From Eledone cirrhosa (Eukaryota): DNA of 64,000 bases. How positions within the stretch are numbered: position 1 is the stretch's first letter; the number at the start of each line of letters is the position of its first letter. Below the pieces are notes generated by a model. The model ran no database searches and was not told where the DNA came from. It was given only the letters and a program-made list of their open reading frames with translations. Below, in pieces: positions 1 to 13,734 of this stretch. Made by a program: the position numbers and the translations under genes. Location: the NCBI GenBank assembly GCA_964016885.1, contig OZ024758.1:11346001-11410000 (forward strand), written 5' to 3'.

Positions 1-320
1 TGGCAAACAATGGCTGCCAAGGCAACCATAATAAACAATGTTATTCCTGACATTATCAAAATCATGACGCGTAAAGCAATATTTGGTTGATGCATGCAGG
101 GTGATGAATCAATACAGATGTCACAATAACGGGCGCAGGGTAAACATTGGAAAGTACTGGCATTATTAGATGTATTTAATTCATTCTGACCATAAAAATC
201 TTCGACTTCAGAACCATTGAAATATTGTGCATCTTGATTTTTATAAGGAAAATAATAACCATCTCGGCATTTACAGATATAGCAGCCCCGCCGGAAACCA
301 CATTTGGATATATGAACACA
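1..320 (-). CDS. GPR158/GPR179/CG31760-like class C GPCR, exon with Cys-rich/EGF-like region and start of TM1 (runs off the window start)
   Basis: Acceptor tttcag| at 321-323, phase 0. Open frame CVHISKCGFRRGCYICKCRDGYYFP...FNGSEVE...FQCLPCARYCDICIDSSPC...ALRVMILIMSGITLFIMVALAAIVC. The GFRRGxYxCxCxxGxYxP and CxPCxxxCxxCxDxxPC motifs followed by a hydrophobic helix are typical of this family. Confidence 0.9.
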
Positions 321-335
321 CTGAAATATAAAAAA

Positions 336-490
336 TTATTTCTAGTATAGACACAAGGCCAGTAAGTTGGGGGGGCAAGGGGAGTCGATTAAATCAATGC
401 AAGTACATTACTGGTACTTTATTTTATCGACCCCGTAAGGACGAAAGGCAAAGTTAACCTCGGTGGGATTTGAACTCAGACCGTAAAAGG
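336..490 (-). mobile_element. tRNA-derived SINE, partial
   Basis: Reverse complement of the B box (gagttcaaatccc), the central gcctttcatccttacggggtcgataaaataaagtaccag motif and the ggccttgtg tail seen in other copies. Confidence 0.8.
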
Positions 491-527
491 CTGTAAACTG
501 AAATATAAAAGTAAGAACAATTTATAT

Positions 528-604
528 CGGGGTCGATAAAATAAAGCACCAGTAAAGTACTGGTGTAATTGCTGGCCTTGTGCCAAAAGTAGAAACAATT
601 ATTA
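528..604 (+). mobile_element. SINE 3' fragment
   Basis: ggggtcgataaataaagcaccag...gctggccttgtgccaaaagtagaaacaattatt matches the family 3' end. Confidence 0.75.
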
Positions 605-863
605 TTATTATCATCATCATCATCATCATTATTATTGTCCATATCTTATGGTTAACAATAGCAATAACAATTATTATAAAAGAGAATTATTATTTCTACT
701 GAGATAATATGTATTTATTATATTTAACTTTACACATTCATTAAAAGCAAAACAAAGCAAAACAAATAAATAAGCTTCCAATTTAAATCAACTCTGCTTA
801 ATTCACAGAATCATTAGTTTTTATTCCTATATTGTATTTCAATAGAAAAGAAGCAAGTTCTAC

Positions 864-1080
864 CGTTGTTGTTTTCTGGCAGCTGTGTGTTCCTCGAAAT
901 ATATCCACAATCTTCTTTGCTTCTCCATCTTTGCCAATATTTTGTTGTTTAGTTTTAACAAAACCGTCTTTGTTCTCTGCTATAGTTGCACCTTTTACTA
1001 CATCCACTATATTCCCCTCCTCTTCATCACATTGATTAATGTCAATATTTGTTAGTTCGATATCGATTGTAGCGACACCT
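864..1080 (-). CDS. GPR158-like GPCR exon (end of Cache domain, start of EGF-like region)
   Basis: Acceptor aagcag| at 1081-1083 and donor ACG|gtagaa. 217 nt, phase 2 to 0. Translates (R)GVATIDIELTNIDINQCD...DIFRGTHSCQKTTT, with the family motif GVxxIDIxLxxIDINQC...FxGTHxC. Confidence 0.88.
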
Positions 1081-1412
1081 CTGCTTTCATAGAAAAATAT
1101 TTCGAAAATGACAAAAAAAAAAAAAAAAAGCGAGAAGAAACAAAAACGAAAAAAAAAAAGGAATTATAAAAACATTAACGTCAATAATTTACATAATGGA
1201 TGACTGAGGTGGGGTAGAAGAGCAGAACTGTGGGAACTTGGGATATAATACCATGTGGTGTTTAATCAATACCTTCTACGATGTGATTTCTAATTAACGC
1301 TGAGCTCACCCTTGTAGTGTTGATAAAATATAATACCAGTTATATATTGAGGATCGATGTGATAAACTATTGTGTAAAACGACAACATTTGAAGCCTTGT
1401 ACTTATTTTAGA

Positions 1413-1572
1413 AGGCGGTGAATTGGTGGAGTCGTTAGAACGTCAGATAGAATGCTTTGTAGTATTAGTTCCGACTTTCTGTTCTCTGAGTTCAAATCCT
1501 ACCGCGGTCAACTTTGCCTTTCATCCTTTTAAGGTCGATAAAAATATACCAGTCAAGTACTGGGGATTGATT
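1413..1572 (+). mobile_element. tRNA-derived SINE, older diverged subfamily
   Basis: ggcggtgaattgg head, gagttcaaatcc B box, gcctttcatccttttaaggtcgataaaa core. Confidence 0.75.
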
Positions 1573-1775
1573 GTTTTTCTATATCTATTTTTTCACTTCC
1601 ATTTTTCCATTCTCCATCTTTTTCTGGAAGAAATCTGATGTATTCGCCTTCTGTTCTCGCCGTAAGTCAATAAAATTAACCTTGAAGCTATTGTTACAGC
1701 AAGGCCGCAACATTCAACTGAATGTATTAGTAACGTATAACATAATAAGCTATAATAAATATAAAACCATCTTAC

Positions 1776-1946
1776 CTGAAATATATTTTTCTCTTTGGAC
1801 TTATCCATAGTATTGGTGCTGAAAATGTCACCATCCAAATGTTACCACCACCACAGTCAAAATAAGGGTTTGTCCAGTATCCATTCGCAAGAGTCGCTAC
1901 AGCATAAGTATTCATCTGTGACATCCAGCTCCCTTTTCTTATGTGA
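1776..1946 (-). CDS. GPR158-like GPCR exon (Cache domain core)
   Basis: ttttag| acceptor and AG|gtaaga donor. 171 nt, phase 2 to 2. HIRKGSWMSQMNTYAVATLANGYWTNPYFDCGGGNIWMVTFSAPILWISPKRKIYFR contains the diagnostic GxWTxPYFDCGGGxxWMxTxSxP motif. Confidence 0.92.
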
Positions 1947-2265
1947 CTAAAATTATTGAAATAAAGAAAGTTTGGTCATCTTTTAACAAATAAATTGTTT
2001 ATCAGTTCTCATTTCACTTTAACCCCTACACATGAATTGTAATATGGCGGATGTAAAATATATTACACCGTTGAAATGTTCAGACGTCAGTTTTGAATTT
2101 TGACCACAATATATTTTATGTGTGTGTGTGTGTATGTGTGTGTGTCTCTCCCTTCCTTCCTCTCTGTATATGTGTATGTCTCTGTCTCCCCCTCTCTGTT
2201 TGTGTGTGTTATACAATATTTACTGCTGGTCATCTGTTGTTCCAGAATTTCGTATCTGAATTTCA

Positions 2266-2528
2266 TTATTTTTAACTGAGTTTAAACGATTATTTTTAAC
2301 TGAGTTTAACTGATTATTTTTAACTGAGTTTAACGATTATTTTTAACTGAGTTTAACTGATTATTTTTAACTGAGTTTAAACGATTATTTTTAACTGAGT
2401 TTAACTGATTATTTTTAACTGAGTTTAAACGATTATTTTCAACTGAGTTTAACTGATTATTTTTAACTGAGTTTAAACGATTATTTTTAACTGAGTTTAA
2501 CTGATTATTTTTAACTGAGTTTAACTGA
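2266..2528. repeat. 24-bp minisatellite (ttatttttaactgagtttaactga alternating with ...aaacga), about 11 units
   Basis: Direct tandem periodicity; two variants alternate to give a 48-bp higher-order unit. Confidence 0.95.
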
Positions 2529-2718
2529 GGGCGGTGGATTGGCAGTATCGGTGGAGGGTTGGACGCCATGCTTTCTAGCATAGTTACGTCCCTTTACGAT
2601 CTGAGTTCAAATCCCGCCGAGGTTGACTTTGCCTTTCATCCTTACGGGGTCGATAAAATAAAGTACCAGTAATGCACTGGGTAATTGCTGGCCTTGTGCC
2701 TAAAGTAGAAACAATTAT
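2529..2718 (+). mobile_element. full-length tRNA-derived SINE (about 190 bp)
   Basis: A-box-like tggcagtatcgg, B box gagttcaaatcc, conserved central motif and AT-rich tail. More than 15 copies or fragments occur in this window. Confidence 0.9.
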
Positions 2719-2804
2719 TTTTAACTGAGTTAAATGGAGAGTTTTAACAAATATTCATTCATATACATAGCATAAAATACGAGTATATTCCTATGTTGAC
2801 TTAC

Positions 2805-3486
2805 CCATAGTTTACAGATTCCGTTTTGATTTGGCTTCCATTCAGGTTACGCACCACGTCGGAATACCATTTAACACTACTATCCATGTAATTATATTTC
2901 TGAGCCAGATCTTCTAGGTATATACAATTTGAAACTGTTTTATAAGCGTATGGGCTGAACCTGGCTAGACTTGGTATGACATAAGGTTCCACAGCTAATG
3001 CTGAACCAACGATAATCTGTGAAGATGTGTCGACATTGTTTTGTACAAGAAGATATAACATTGAGAGAATATCGCTTACATTGTCAAGATTCTTGTCAAT
3101 ACTGGAATTATATCCGTCAACAGAGGAAGTGTTGGTGTAACCACAATGGTTATCAAACCCTTCCTTATCTATATTTTGAACCAAAGGTTCCATCTGGGGA
3201 TCTCTTTCTTTATTAGTGTTCTCTTCAAAATCCATATTGGTCTCAGGAGATTTCCACATTTTCTGGAGTATCACTTTCCTTATTTCGTAACTTAAACTCC
3301 CATTAAGAGAGTTTCTTTGTAAGTATTTACTCACAAAATTTGCGGTATTCAAAGCCACTTTCGCATATATATCCCAAATAGTTCTATCTAGACGAAGTGC
3401 TAGAGTATCACTGGTACCATTCTTACAGGTTGAGGCGTTCAATCTATTGACGTAGTCCAACGCTCTTTTCAGCTGTTTGATTCTAT
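2805..3486 (-). CDS. GPR158-like GPCR exon (N-terminal helical region and Cache domain)
   Basis: ctacag| acceptor and GG|gtaagt donor. 682 nt, phase 1 to 2. Non-repetitive part of ORF 2801..3739: DRIKQLKRALDYV...AKVALNTANFVSKYL...LYLLVQNNV...IVGSALAVEP...FSPYAYK...EDLAQKYNY...KWY. Confidence 0.88.
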
Positions 3487-3552
3487 CTGTAGGAGATACA
3501 TAAAAATACACATTACAACACAATGAATAGATACCAGGATCTAATATTGCTT

Positions 3553-4853
3553 TACATATGTATAGGCATATATACGCATACATATTGATATATATGAACA
3601 TATATACGCATACATATTGATATATATGAACATATATACGCATACATATTGATATATATGAACATATATACGCATACATATTGATATATATAAACATATA
3701 TACGCATACATATTGATATATATGAGCATGTATAAGCATACATATTGATATATATGAACATATATACGCTTACATATTGATATATATGAACGCATACATA
3801 TTGATATATATCAACATATATACGCATACATATTGATATATATGAACATATATACGCATACATATTGATATATATGAACATATATACGCATACATATTGA
3901 TATATATGAACATATATACGCATACATATTGATATATATAAACATATATACGCATACATATTGATATATATGAGCATGTATAAGCATACATATTGATATA
4001 TATGAACATATATACGCTTACATATTGATATATATGAACGCATACATATTGATATATATCAACATATATACGCATACATATTGATATATATGAACATATA
4101 TACGCATACATATTGATATATATGAACATATATACGCATACATATTGATATATATGAACATATATACGCATACATATTGATATATATAAACATATATACG
4201 CATACATATTGATATATATGAGCATGTATAAGCATACATATTGATATATATGAACATATATACGCATACATATTGATATATATCAACATATATACGCATA
4301 CATATTGATTTATATGAACATATATACGCATATATATTGATATATATGAACATATATACGCATACATATTGATATATATGAACATATATACGCATACATA
4401 TTGATATGTATGAACATATATACGCATGCATATTGATATATATGAACATATATACGCATACATATTGATATATATGAACATATATACGCATACATATTGA
4501 TATATATGAACATATATACGCATAAATATTGATATATATGAACATATATACGCATACATATTGATATATATGAACATATATACGCATACATATTGATATA
4601 TATAAACATATATACGCATACATATTGATATATATGAACATATATACGCATACATATTGATATATATAAACATATATACGCATACATATTGATATATATG
4701 AACATATATACGCATACATATTGATATATATGAACGCATACATATTGATATATATAAACATATATACGCATACATATTCATATATATGAGCATGTATAAG
4801 CATACAGATTGTTACATATAAACATATATACGCATACATATTGATATATAGGA

Positions 4854-4925
<72 letters not shown>

Positions 4926-4950
4926 TGATATATATGAGCATATATATATA
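3553..4950. repeat. 32-bp minisatellite (catatatacgcatacatattgatatatatgaa) in a GPCR intron
   Basis: Tandem periodicity with a local 248-bp higher-order repeat. Confidence 0.95.
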
Positions 4951-4975
4951 TACATGTTGGTATAATTGATTTTAC

Positions 4976-5059
4976 CTTCCATGTTGAGGTTGTGTTCCGT
5001 AGAGTTCGAGTAGAGTGACCCTTTTCTGTTTTGGCTTCTTTTGACGTTAGACAGATTCT
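4976..5059 (-). CDS. probable small N-terminal exon of the GPR158-like GPCR
   Basis: Strong polypyrimidine tract and acceptor (ttctgttatcctttctccattcag|), donor AAG|gtaaaa. 84 nt, phase 1 to 1, open frame [27 protein letters not shown], in phase with the next exon. Confidence 0.6.
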
Positions 5060-5427
5060 CTGAATGGAGAAAGGATAACAGAAAAACAGAATAGCTACAT
5101 GAGTGAATATAAGTAATGAATACTGGAATATATTTGCTAATCTAAACAGATAGGTGCAAACAGTCATACATCCATTTATTATGTACACAAACACACACGA
5201 AGACGCCATACTAACATATGTTTGACTTTATTATATCCAGCATTTAAAAATCTGTCGAGATTGGAATTAATTAACACTACATCAAGTCACACTGAAATAA
5301 TTATATTTAAATATACCAATCGTACACGTCATTAGCCTCAGGCATATGTAACAAAACTATTCTTTTTTTACTAATCACATGAAGGGTTAGAATAAAGTGT
5401 TTAAATATAAATTTGAAAGCATATCAA

Positions 5428-5900
<473 letters not shown>

Positions 5901-5957
5901 TACCACAATTTCCTCGTTCACTACGACTGCTGGTTTAATATCTACCAAAAGCAATAA

Positions 5958-5988
<31 letters not shown>

Positions 5989-6527
5989 TAGTGAAGCAGC
6001 TGCAAAAGTAATTCTTTTGCAACTGCTACAAATGTCTTGGAAAAATCCAGACATATTCCACAGAGGAATGGACAAAAATAATCTTAAATACACCTTTAGG
6101 TGTGGCAGGAAACTTCCCGTGTATCTGTTATTGGCTCTCCCCCAAACATATAAAATAATAAAAATAACATCGGGAACTTGTATGACTTGAAACACACCCA
6201 CACAATGTTAGAAATACACAGAAAACTAAAATAACCACCTAAGAATAATGATGTATATGAAGCGAAAGAAATACTGCTGAAACTGACGTCAAGAGTAACA
6301 AACGAGGGAAAACCAATGATAGATGTGTTCTTCCCTTAAAGAGGAACACATCGTTCGTTCGTTTTTGTTTTGAGCCGTTTTCGTTTTACATTTGAAAAGA
6401 GCATCGTAGCCCTGAAATATTATATTGAAATATTCTGGGTAAAACATTATTTTCTTTTGTTTTATTTGTCATCCTTTGCCTTTTATATATTTCTACTGCA
6501 TTGTACCAGCTTTCTGGAAATTATCAG

Positions 6528-6566
<39 letters not shown>

Positions 6567-7158
6567 AAAAAAGAGAAATAGGACGAAGGTAAACAGTTAC
6601 AAAAGAAATTTAATCCACGTATTAACATTTCATTAAATAATGGAACTCCATCTCACTATATACATAAAATTTGCATTTTCTACGTGTTAGTAGTAAGCTT
6701 TGTTTCATCAATAAACGTTTCCGTTGTCAACCATTAGAAGCAGTAATAATATATACAGTCTATTATCTCCTGCATCAATCCCAGTTCTGCTTAATTCTAA
6801 CATTGTCGTCTGCAAATAACAACATCCGTGCATCTACTGTGAAGTTACCTGTGGGCTACAAATCGATTGTAAATCGATCGATAGTTAAAAAACCCACGAG
6901 CTTATGATAATGACGTATTGCCAAATATCGCCATTTGTCAAAGTAATCCAATATAAATATACTATAAGGAAATATATATAAAATATTTAATTATATCAAG
7001 AGATAAAATGGGATCAAATATTTTCGATGGAGACAAACAAGGCTGTGTATTAAAACATTTGATTTACAATCCTGTGGATCGGTATTTTTCCTCAGGCAGA
7101 TCCCTGACTCAATGCGAGCTTTCCTGTGTAATTGTGTAAGGTACAATTTCTATTTAGA

Positions 7159-9495
7159 CCATTTGTACATATTATTAGGTGATAGCTATCAACCCAATTG
7201 TACATATTTTTAGGGGGTAGTTATCTACCCAATTGTACATATTATTAGGTGGTAGTTATCTACCCAATTGTACATATTATTAGGTGGTAGTTATCTACCC
7301 AATTGTACATATTATTAGGGGGTAGCTATCTACCCAATTGTACATATTATTAGGGGGTAGCTATCTACCCAATTGTACATATTATTATGTGGTAGTTATC
7401 TACCCAATTGTACATATTATTAGGTGGTAGATATCTACCCAATTGTACATATTATTAGGTGGTAGATATCTACCCAATTGTACATATTATTAGGGGGTAG
7501 CTATCTACCCAATTGTACATATTATTATGTGGTAGTTATCTACCCAATTGTACATATTATTAGGGGGTAGATATCTACCCAATTGTACATATTATTAGGG
7601 GGTAGTTATCTACCCAATTGTACATATTATTAGGTGGTAGTTATCTACCCAATTATACATATTATTAGGTGGTAGTTATCTACCCAATTATACATATTAT
7701 TAGGTGGTGGCTATCTACCCAATTATACATATTATTAGGTGGTAGTTATCTACCCAATTGTACATATTATTAGGGGGTAGTTATCTACCCAATTGTACAT
7801 ATTATTAGGTGGTAGTTATCTACCCAATTATACATATTATTAGGTGGTAGTTATCTACCCAATTGTACATATTATTAGGTGGTAGTTATCTACCCAATTG
7901 TACATATTATTAGGTGGTGGTTATCTACCCAATTGTACATATTATTAGGGGGTAGCTATCTACCCAATTGTACATATTATTATGTGGTAGTTATCTACCC
8001 AATTGTACATATTATTAGGTGGTAGTTATCTACCCAATTATACATATTATTAGGTGGTAGTTATCTACCCAATTATACATATTATTAGGTGGTAGTTATC
8101 TACCCAATTGTACATATTATTAGGTGGTAGTTATCTACCCAATTATACATATTATTAGGTGGTGGCTATCTACCCAATTGTACATATTATTAGGTGGTAG
8201 TTATCTACCCAATTGTACATATTATTAGGTGGTGGATATCTACCCAATTATACATATTATTAGGTGGTAGTTATCTACCCAATTGTACATATTATTAGGT
8301 GGTAGTTATCTACCCAATTATACATATTATTAGGTGGTAGTTATCTACCCAATTGTACATATTATTAGGTGGTAGTTATCTACCCAATTATACATATTAT
8401 TAGGTGGTAGTTATCTACCCAATTGTACATATTATTAGGTGGTAGTTATCTACCCAATTGTACATATTATTAGGTGGTGGTTATCTACCCAATTGTACAT
8501 ATTATTAGGGGGTAGCTATCTACCCAATTGTACATATTATTATGTGGTAGTTATCTACCCAATTGTACATATTATTAGGTGGTAGTTATCTACCCAATTG
8601 TACATATTATTAGGTGGTAGTTATCTACCCAATTGTACATATTATTAGGGGGTAGCTATCTACCCAATTGTACATATTATTAGGGGGTAGCTATCTACCC
8701 AATTGTACATATTATTATGTGGTAGTTATCTACCCAATTGTACATATTATTAGGTGGTAGATATCTACCCAATTGTACATATTATTAGGTGGTAGATATC
8801 TACCCAATTGTACATATTATTAGGGGGTAGCTATCTACCCAATTGTACATATTATTATGTGGTAGTTATCTACCCAATTGTACATATTATTAGGGGGTAG
8901 ATATCTACCCAATTGTACATATTATTAGGGGGTAGTTATCTACCCAATTGTACATATTATTAGGTGGTAGTTATCTACCCAATTATACATATTATTAGGT
9001 GGTAGTTATCTACCCAATTATACATATTATTAGGTGGTGGCTATCTACCCAATTATACATATTATTAGGTGGTAGTTATCTACCCAATTGTACATATTAT
9101 TAGGGGGTAGTTATCTACCCAATTGTACATATTATTAGGTGGTAGTTATCTACCCAATTGTACATATTATTAGGGGGTAGTTATCTACCCAATTGTACAT
9201 ATTATTAGGTGGTAGTTATCTACCCAATTGTACATATTATTAGGTGGTAGTTATCTACCCAATTGTACATATTATTAGGGGGTAGTTATCTACCCAATTG
9301 TACATATTATTAGGTGGTAGTTATCTACCCAATTGTACATATTATTAGGTGGTAGTTATCTACCCAATTATACATATTATTAGGTGGTGGTTATCTACCC
9401 AATTGTACATATTATTAGGTGGTGGCTATCTACCCAATTGTACATATTATTAGGGGGTAGCTATCTACCCAATTGTACATATTATTAGGTGGTGG
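7159..9495. repeat. 35-bp minisatellite (tacccaattgtacatattattaggtggtagttatc), about 67 units
   Basis: Highly homogeneous tandem array ending directly in a SINE head. Confidence 0.97.
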
Positions 9496-9852
9496 ATTAG
9501 GCAGTATCGGTAGAGGGTCGGATGCCATACTTTGACGCATAGAATTACGGCCCTTGCCATTCAAATCCCGCCGAGGTTAACTTTGCCTTTCATCCTTACG
9601 GGGTCGATAAAATAAAGTACCAGTAATGAACTGAGTAATTGCTGGCCTTGTGCCAAAAGTAGAAACAATTATTTCTAGAGGGTCGGACGCCATGCTTTGA
9701 CGTATAGAGTTACGGCCCTTGCCATTCTGAGTTCAAATCCCGCCGAGGTTAACTTTGCCTTTCATCCTTACGGGGTCGATAAAATGATAAAATAAAGTAC
9801 CAGTAATGCACTGGTTAATTGCTGGCCTTGTGCCGAACGTAGAAACAATTAT
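9488..9852 (+). mobile_element. two tandem tRNA-derived SINE copies (9488-9673, 9676-9852)
   Basis: Family head, B box, core and tail occur twice; the second copy is 5'-truncated. Confidence 0.88.
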
Positions 9853-10070
9853 TAAGTGGTAGACGTTATGTAGTTTTCGTTTTACCCAAACTAGATGTCC
9901 ATATAAGGAGTATTTACTGTCTTTAAAAAGTCTTATATGTTGCAAGGGTTAAGACCTGGTCAGCAATAGAATAAGGCGATGTTTAAATTATGTTACTTTC
10001 TATACAAGTCGAGTCTTTTCTACTCCTTTTCCCTCATTAGTTTTCTTCCCAAATCGCAGGATTAGAAAGA

Positions 10071-10238
10071 AATAATTGTTTCTACGTTAGGCACAAGGCC
10101 AGCAAATACCCAGTACATTACTGGTACTTTATTTTATCGACCCCGTAAGGATGAAAGGCAAAGTTAACCTTGGCGGGATTTGAACTCAGAATGGCAAGGG
10201 CCGTAACTCTATACGTCAAAGCATGGCGTCCGTCCCTA
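10071..10238 (-). mobile_element. tRNA-derived SINE, inverted relative to 9676-9852
   Basis: Reverse complement of the family consensus, sharing the truncation point and variants of the 9676 copy. Confidence 0.88.
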
Positions 10239-10394
10239 GAAATAATAAAGTACAGAAACTCAAGTGGAAATATCAATATTAAGACAACTGTTTCCCCAAC
10301 TAAGAAACTGTTTTCTCCTGTCTAAACTATAGTCTCAGCTATGAAGGCTCTCATTGGACTATATTCGACTATTTTGGATTATATATATATATAT

Positions 10395-10441
10395 TTAGCC
10401 GTCGAAACGGCTTGAGCTCAGCCGTCGGGGTCTTATTTGTT

Positions 10442-10443
<2 letters not shown>
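10395..10443 (+). mobile_element. family A single-arm fragment between (TA)n tracts
   Basis: ttagccgtcgaaacggcttgagctcagccgtcggggtc matches family A arms. Confidence 0.7.
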
Positions 10444-10529
<86 letters not shown>

Positions 10530-10533
<4 letters not shown>

Positions 10534-10713
10534 GAAGGAATTGTGGTAAGGAACCAGATGGACCATAACGCACCAGAGTACGCAATACTTAGGGTAGTAG
10601 AGTGGGAAAAAGTATGACCCCGACGACAGAGCTCAAGCTGTTTCGACGGCTATTTCTGGACTGAAATAGCCGTCGAAACGGCTTCAGCTCTGCCGTCGGG
10701 GTCATACTTTTTC
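10530..10713 (-). mobile_element. family A fold-back element in (TA)n, putative Penelope-like terminus with hammerhead 3' half
   Basis: About 75-bp unique tail plus palindrome 10606-10713, flanked by (TA)n. Six full copies in the window. Confidence 0.75.
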
Positions 10714-10714
10714 A

Positions 10715-11060
<346 letters not shown>

Positions 11061-11357
11061 GTATGTATATATATGATGTGTTTAGACGCCCCGTCACCTG
11101 CTTCGGTAATTTTTAAGTGCCTGAGCATTCTACACAAATGTTAGCTGAGTGGACAGAGGCGCCTACGAGGAATCAAATCCCGCATCCCCCGAATACCGTG
11201 GGAGGGTGTCTACTCTCTCTCTCTCTCTGTCTGTATCTACCTTCCTCTTTACCTACCTACCTATCTATCTATCTATCTATCTATCTAGAAAGATATCTAT
11301 CTATCTATATATATATATATATCGTAAAGCACATAGATATATAAATGTATAACTTAC

Positions 11358-11445
11358 CTATCGGTCGTCCAGCTGTAATATCAAGAAACCAGTAAATGTG
11401 TTTTCCAAGACACGAGAAAATATAGACACTGTATATCCAATCCAT
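11358..11445 (-). CDS. candidate first coding exon (signal-peptide-like) of the GPR158-like GPCR
   Basis: ATG at 11445, [29 protein letters not shown], ending at a consensus donor AG|gtaagt in phase 1, which matches the 5059 exon. Linkage is inferred from phase only. Confidence 0.45.
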
Positions 11446-11647
11446 TGTACGTGTAGTTTCATGTAATTTATGGTTTCCACTAATCAATTTATTTTACGAA
11501 ACCAACAGTACCACCTATGTAAATTCATTATATATACATACATACATACATATATACATACATATATATATATATATTTATATGTATGTGTGTACAAATG
11601 TATCTATATCTACATTTATATATATGTATATATGTACACACACACAC

Positions 11648-11775
<128 letters not shown>

Positions 11776-11800
11776 CATACATACAAACACACACACACAA

Positions 11801-11832
<32 letters not shown>

Positions 11833-12173
11833 GCGCACGTATGTCCAGTAAGAAAACCTTTGTTTATGTATTGTCAATATTCCCAAGTCTTTTATCATAT
11901 AAGTTTAGTATTCACCGAAATTAGAGATGCTGCCGTACTATGAATAATTCCTCAACAAAACATAAAATCACATGACCACCCGTTCCTATTTCAGGTTCAC
12001 CTTTGTCAATCAGTTAAGATTTCCATCGTTGTACCAGCTGCATACACTCATACATTTTATATGAAGAGAAATCCACAAAAGCTTCAACTTTTCATACATA
12101 TACTGAAAAATATTTCTATCTCGTCTGACTACTTTTCGCTGTAGAAATATCATTATTATTAATATTACTCCCA

Positions 12174-12478
12174 GGGCGGTGGATTGGCAGAATCGGTAGA
12201 GGGTCTGACGCCATGCTTTCCAGCATAGTTACGTCCCTTTACGATCTGAGTTCAAATCCCGTCGAGGTTGACTTTGCCTTTCATCCTTACGGGGTCGATA
12301 AAATAAAGTACCAGTAATGCACTGGTTAATTTGCTGGCCTTGTGCCTAAAGTAGAAACAATTATTAATATTACTCCCCGAGGTTAACTTTGCCTTTCATC
12401 CTTACGGGGTCGATAAAATAAAGTACCAGTAATGTACTGGGGAATTTGCTGGCCTTGTGCCAAAAGTAGAAACAAATA
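12174..12478 (+). mobile_element. full-length SINE plus tandem 5'-truncated copy, each flanked by attaatattactccc
   Basis: Family consensus; the same 15-bp sequence precedes, separates and follows the copies (TSD-like). Confidence 0.88.
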
Positions 12479-12676
12479 TTAATATTACTCCCTCCTATTG
12501 GGGAATTTTTCATTGTTATTTTTTTGTTACATCCTCTGTTTTTGTTTTTTACACGCAGAAATGCCCATTTGTACCGTCCTGTATTGTCCTGCACTGTCCT
12601 TAATGTCTACTTTATGTAAACCCTTGTGGTTAATAAAGAAATCATTATTATTAATATTACTATTATTATTACTATT

Positions 12677-13042
12677 GTTCAAATCCCGCCGAGGTTAACT
12701 TTGCCTTTCATCCTTACGAGGTCGATAAAATAAAGTACCAGTAATGCACTGGGTAATTGCTGGCCTTGTGCCTAAAGTAGAAACAATTATTATTAATATT
12801 GTTCAAATCCCGCCGAGGTTAACTTTCCCTTTCATCCTTGTTATTGTCGATAAAATAAAGTACCAGTAATACACTGGGTAATTGCTGGCCTTGTGCCTAA
12901 AGTAGAAACAATTATTATTAATATTACTATTATTATTACTATTGTTCAAATCCCGCCGAGGATAACTTTGCCTTTCATCCTTACGGGGATCGATAAAATA
13001 ATGGGTAATTGCTGGCCTTGTGCCAAAAGTAGAAACAATTAT
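12677..13042 (+). mobile_element. three tandem 5'-truncated SINE copies, each starting at the B box
   Basis: gttcaaatcccgccgagg...gtagaaacaattatt repeated three times with shared AT-rich spacers. Confidence 0.85.
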
Positions 13043-13071
13043 TATCACTATTGTTGTTGTTATTATTGTTA

Positions 13072-13127
<56 letters not shown>

Positions 13128-13734
13128 GGATCATCTATAATGCATATCATCAGATAAGTCTTATGTCTTTGCCAGGCTTCTGTCATTAGTTTTCGTCGCT
13201 GTTTTCTGCAATACCGACAGTAATAGGATATATACCTTCTTCATAAAAATCTCTAAGCATGTGAGGTAGTGGGTGAGTGAGTAGGGTGTTTATTCGACAG
13301 TCAAAGGACCTGACAGGTGGTGAGAAGAAAGAAATAAAGAAATATAAGAAATCCCTAATAAAAAAGACAAACAAAAAAAAAAATAGAAACTGTCTAATTC
13401 CCCGAAAAAGAAAAATAATTATTAAAAGAGTTTTTTTTTTTTATCATTTCCATTCTCTCTCGTCTTCTCTGGAAAACATCTGCTGTATTCAGCCCTAGAA
13501 CGGAGATGGGTTTCGCCAGGTTTACTTAAAAATGCCCTAGATACGCTGTATGTTAATATGGCGCCCTTAAGACTCCCTCGGGAGCTACAGTATTATGTAT
13601 GGATACATATTATATAATGGGAAGATTAACGGTGTTGGTTACAACTTTGACCCTCTCTGGTCGAGTGTAATTAAGATGGTGAACGTGATAAGGGAGAATC
13701 TGTCGAACTTAAGCGTAACAAATACCTCATAACG

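Noticed and set aside
2529-2620. tRNA gene
   Set aside because: A and B boxes are present but followed by a SINE body and tail, in many diverged copies; no convincing cloverleaf.
4778-5209. ATG at 5209 as GPCR start (MASSCVFV...TWK)
   Set aside because: Its donor at 4975 is phase 0 in this frame whereas the next exon needs phase 1; a strong internal acceptor at 5060 fits a different frame. Not fully excluded.
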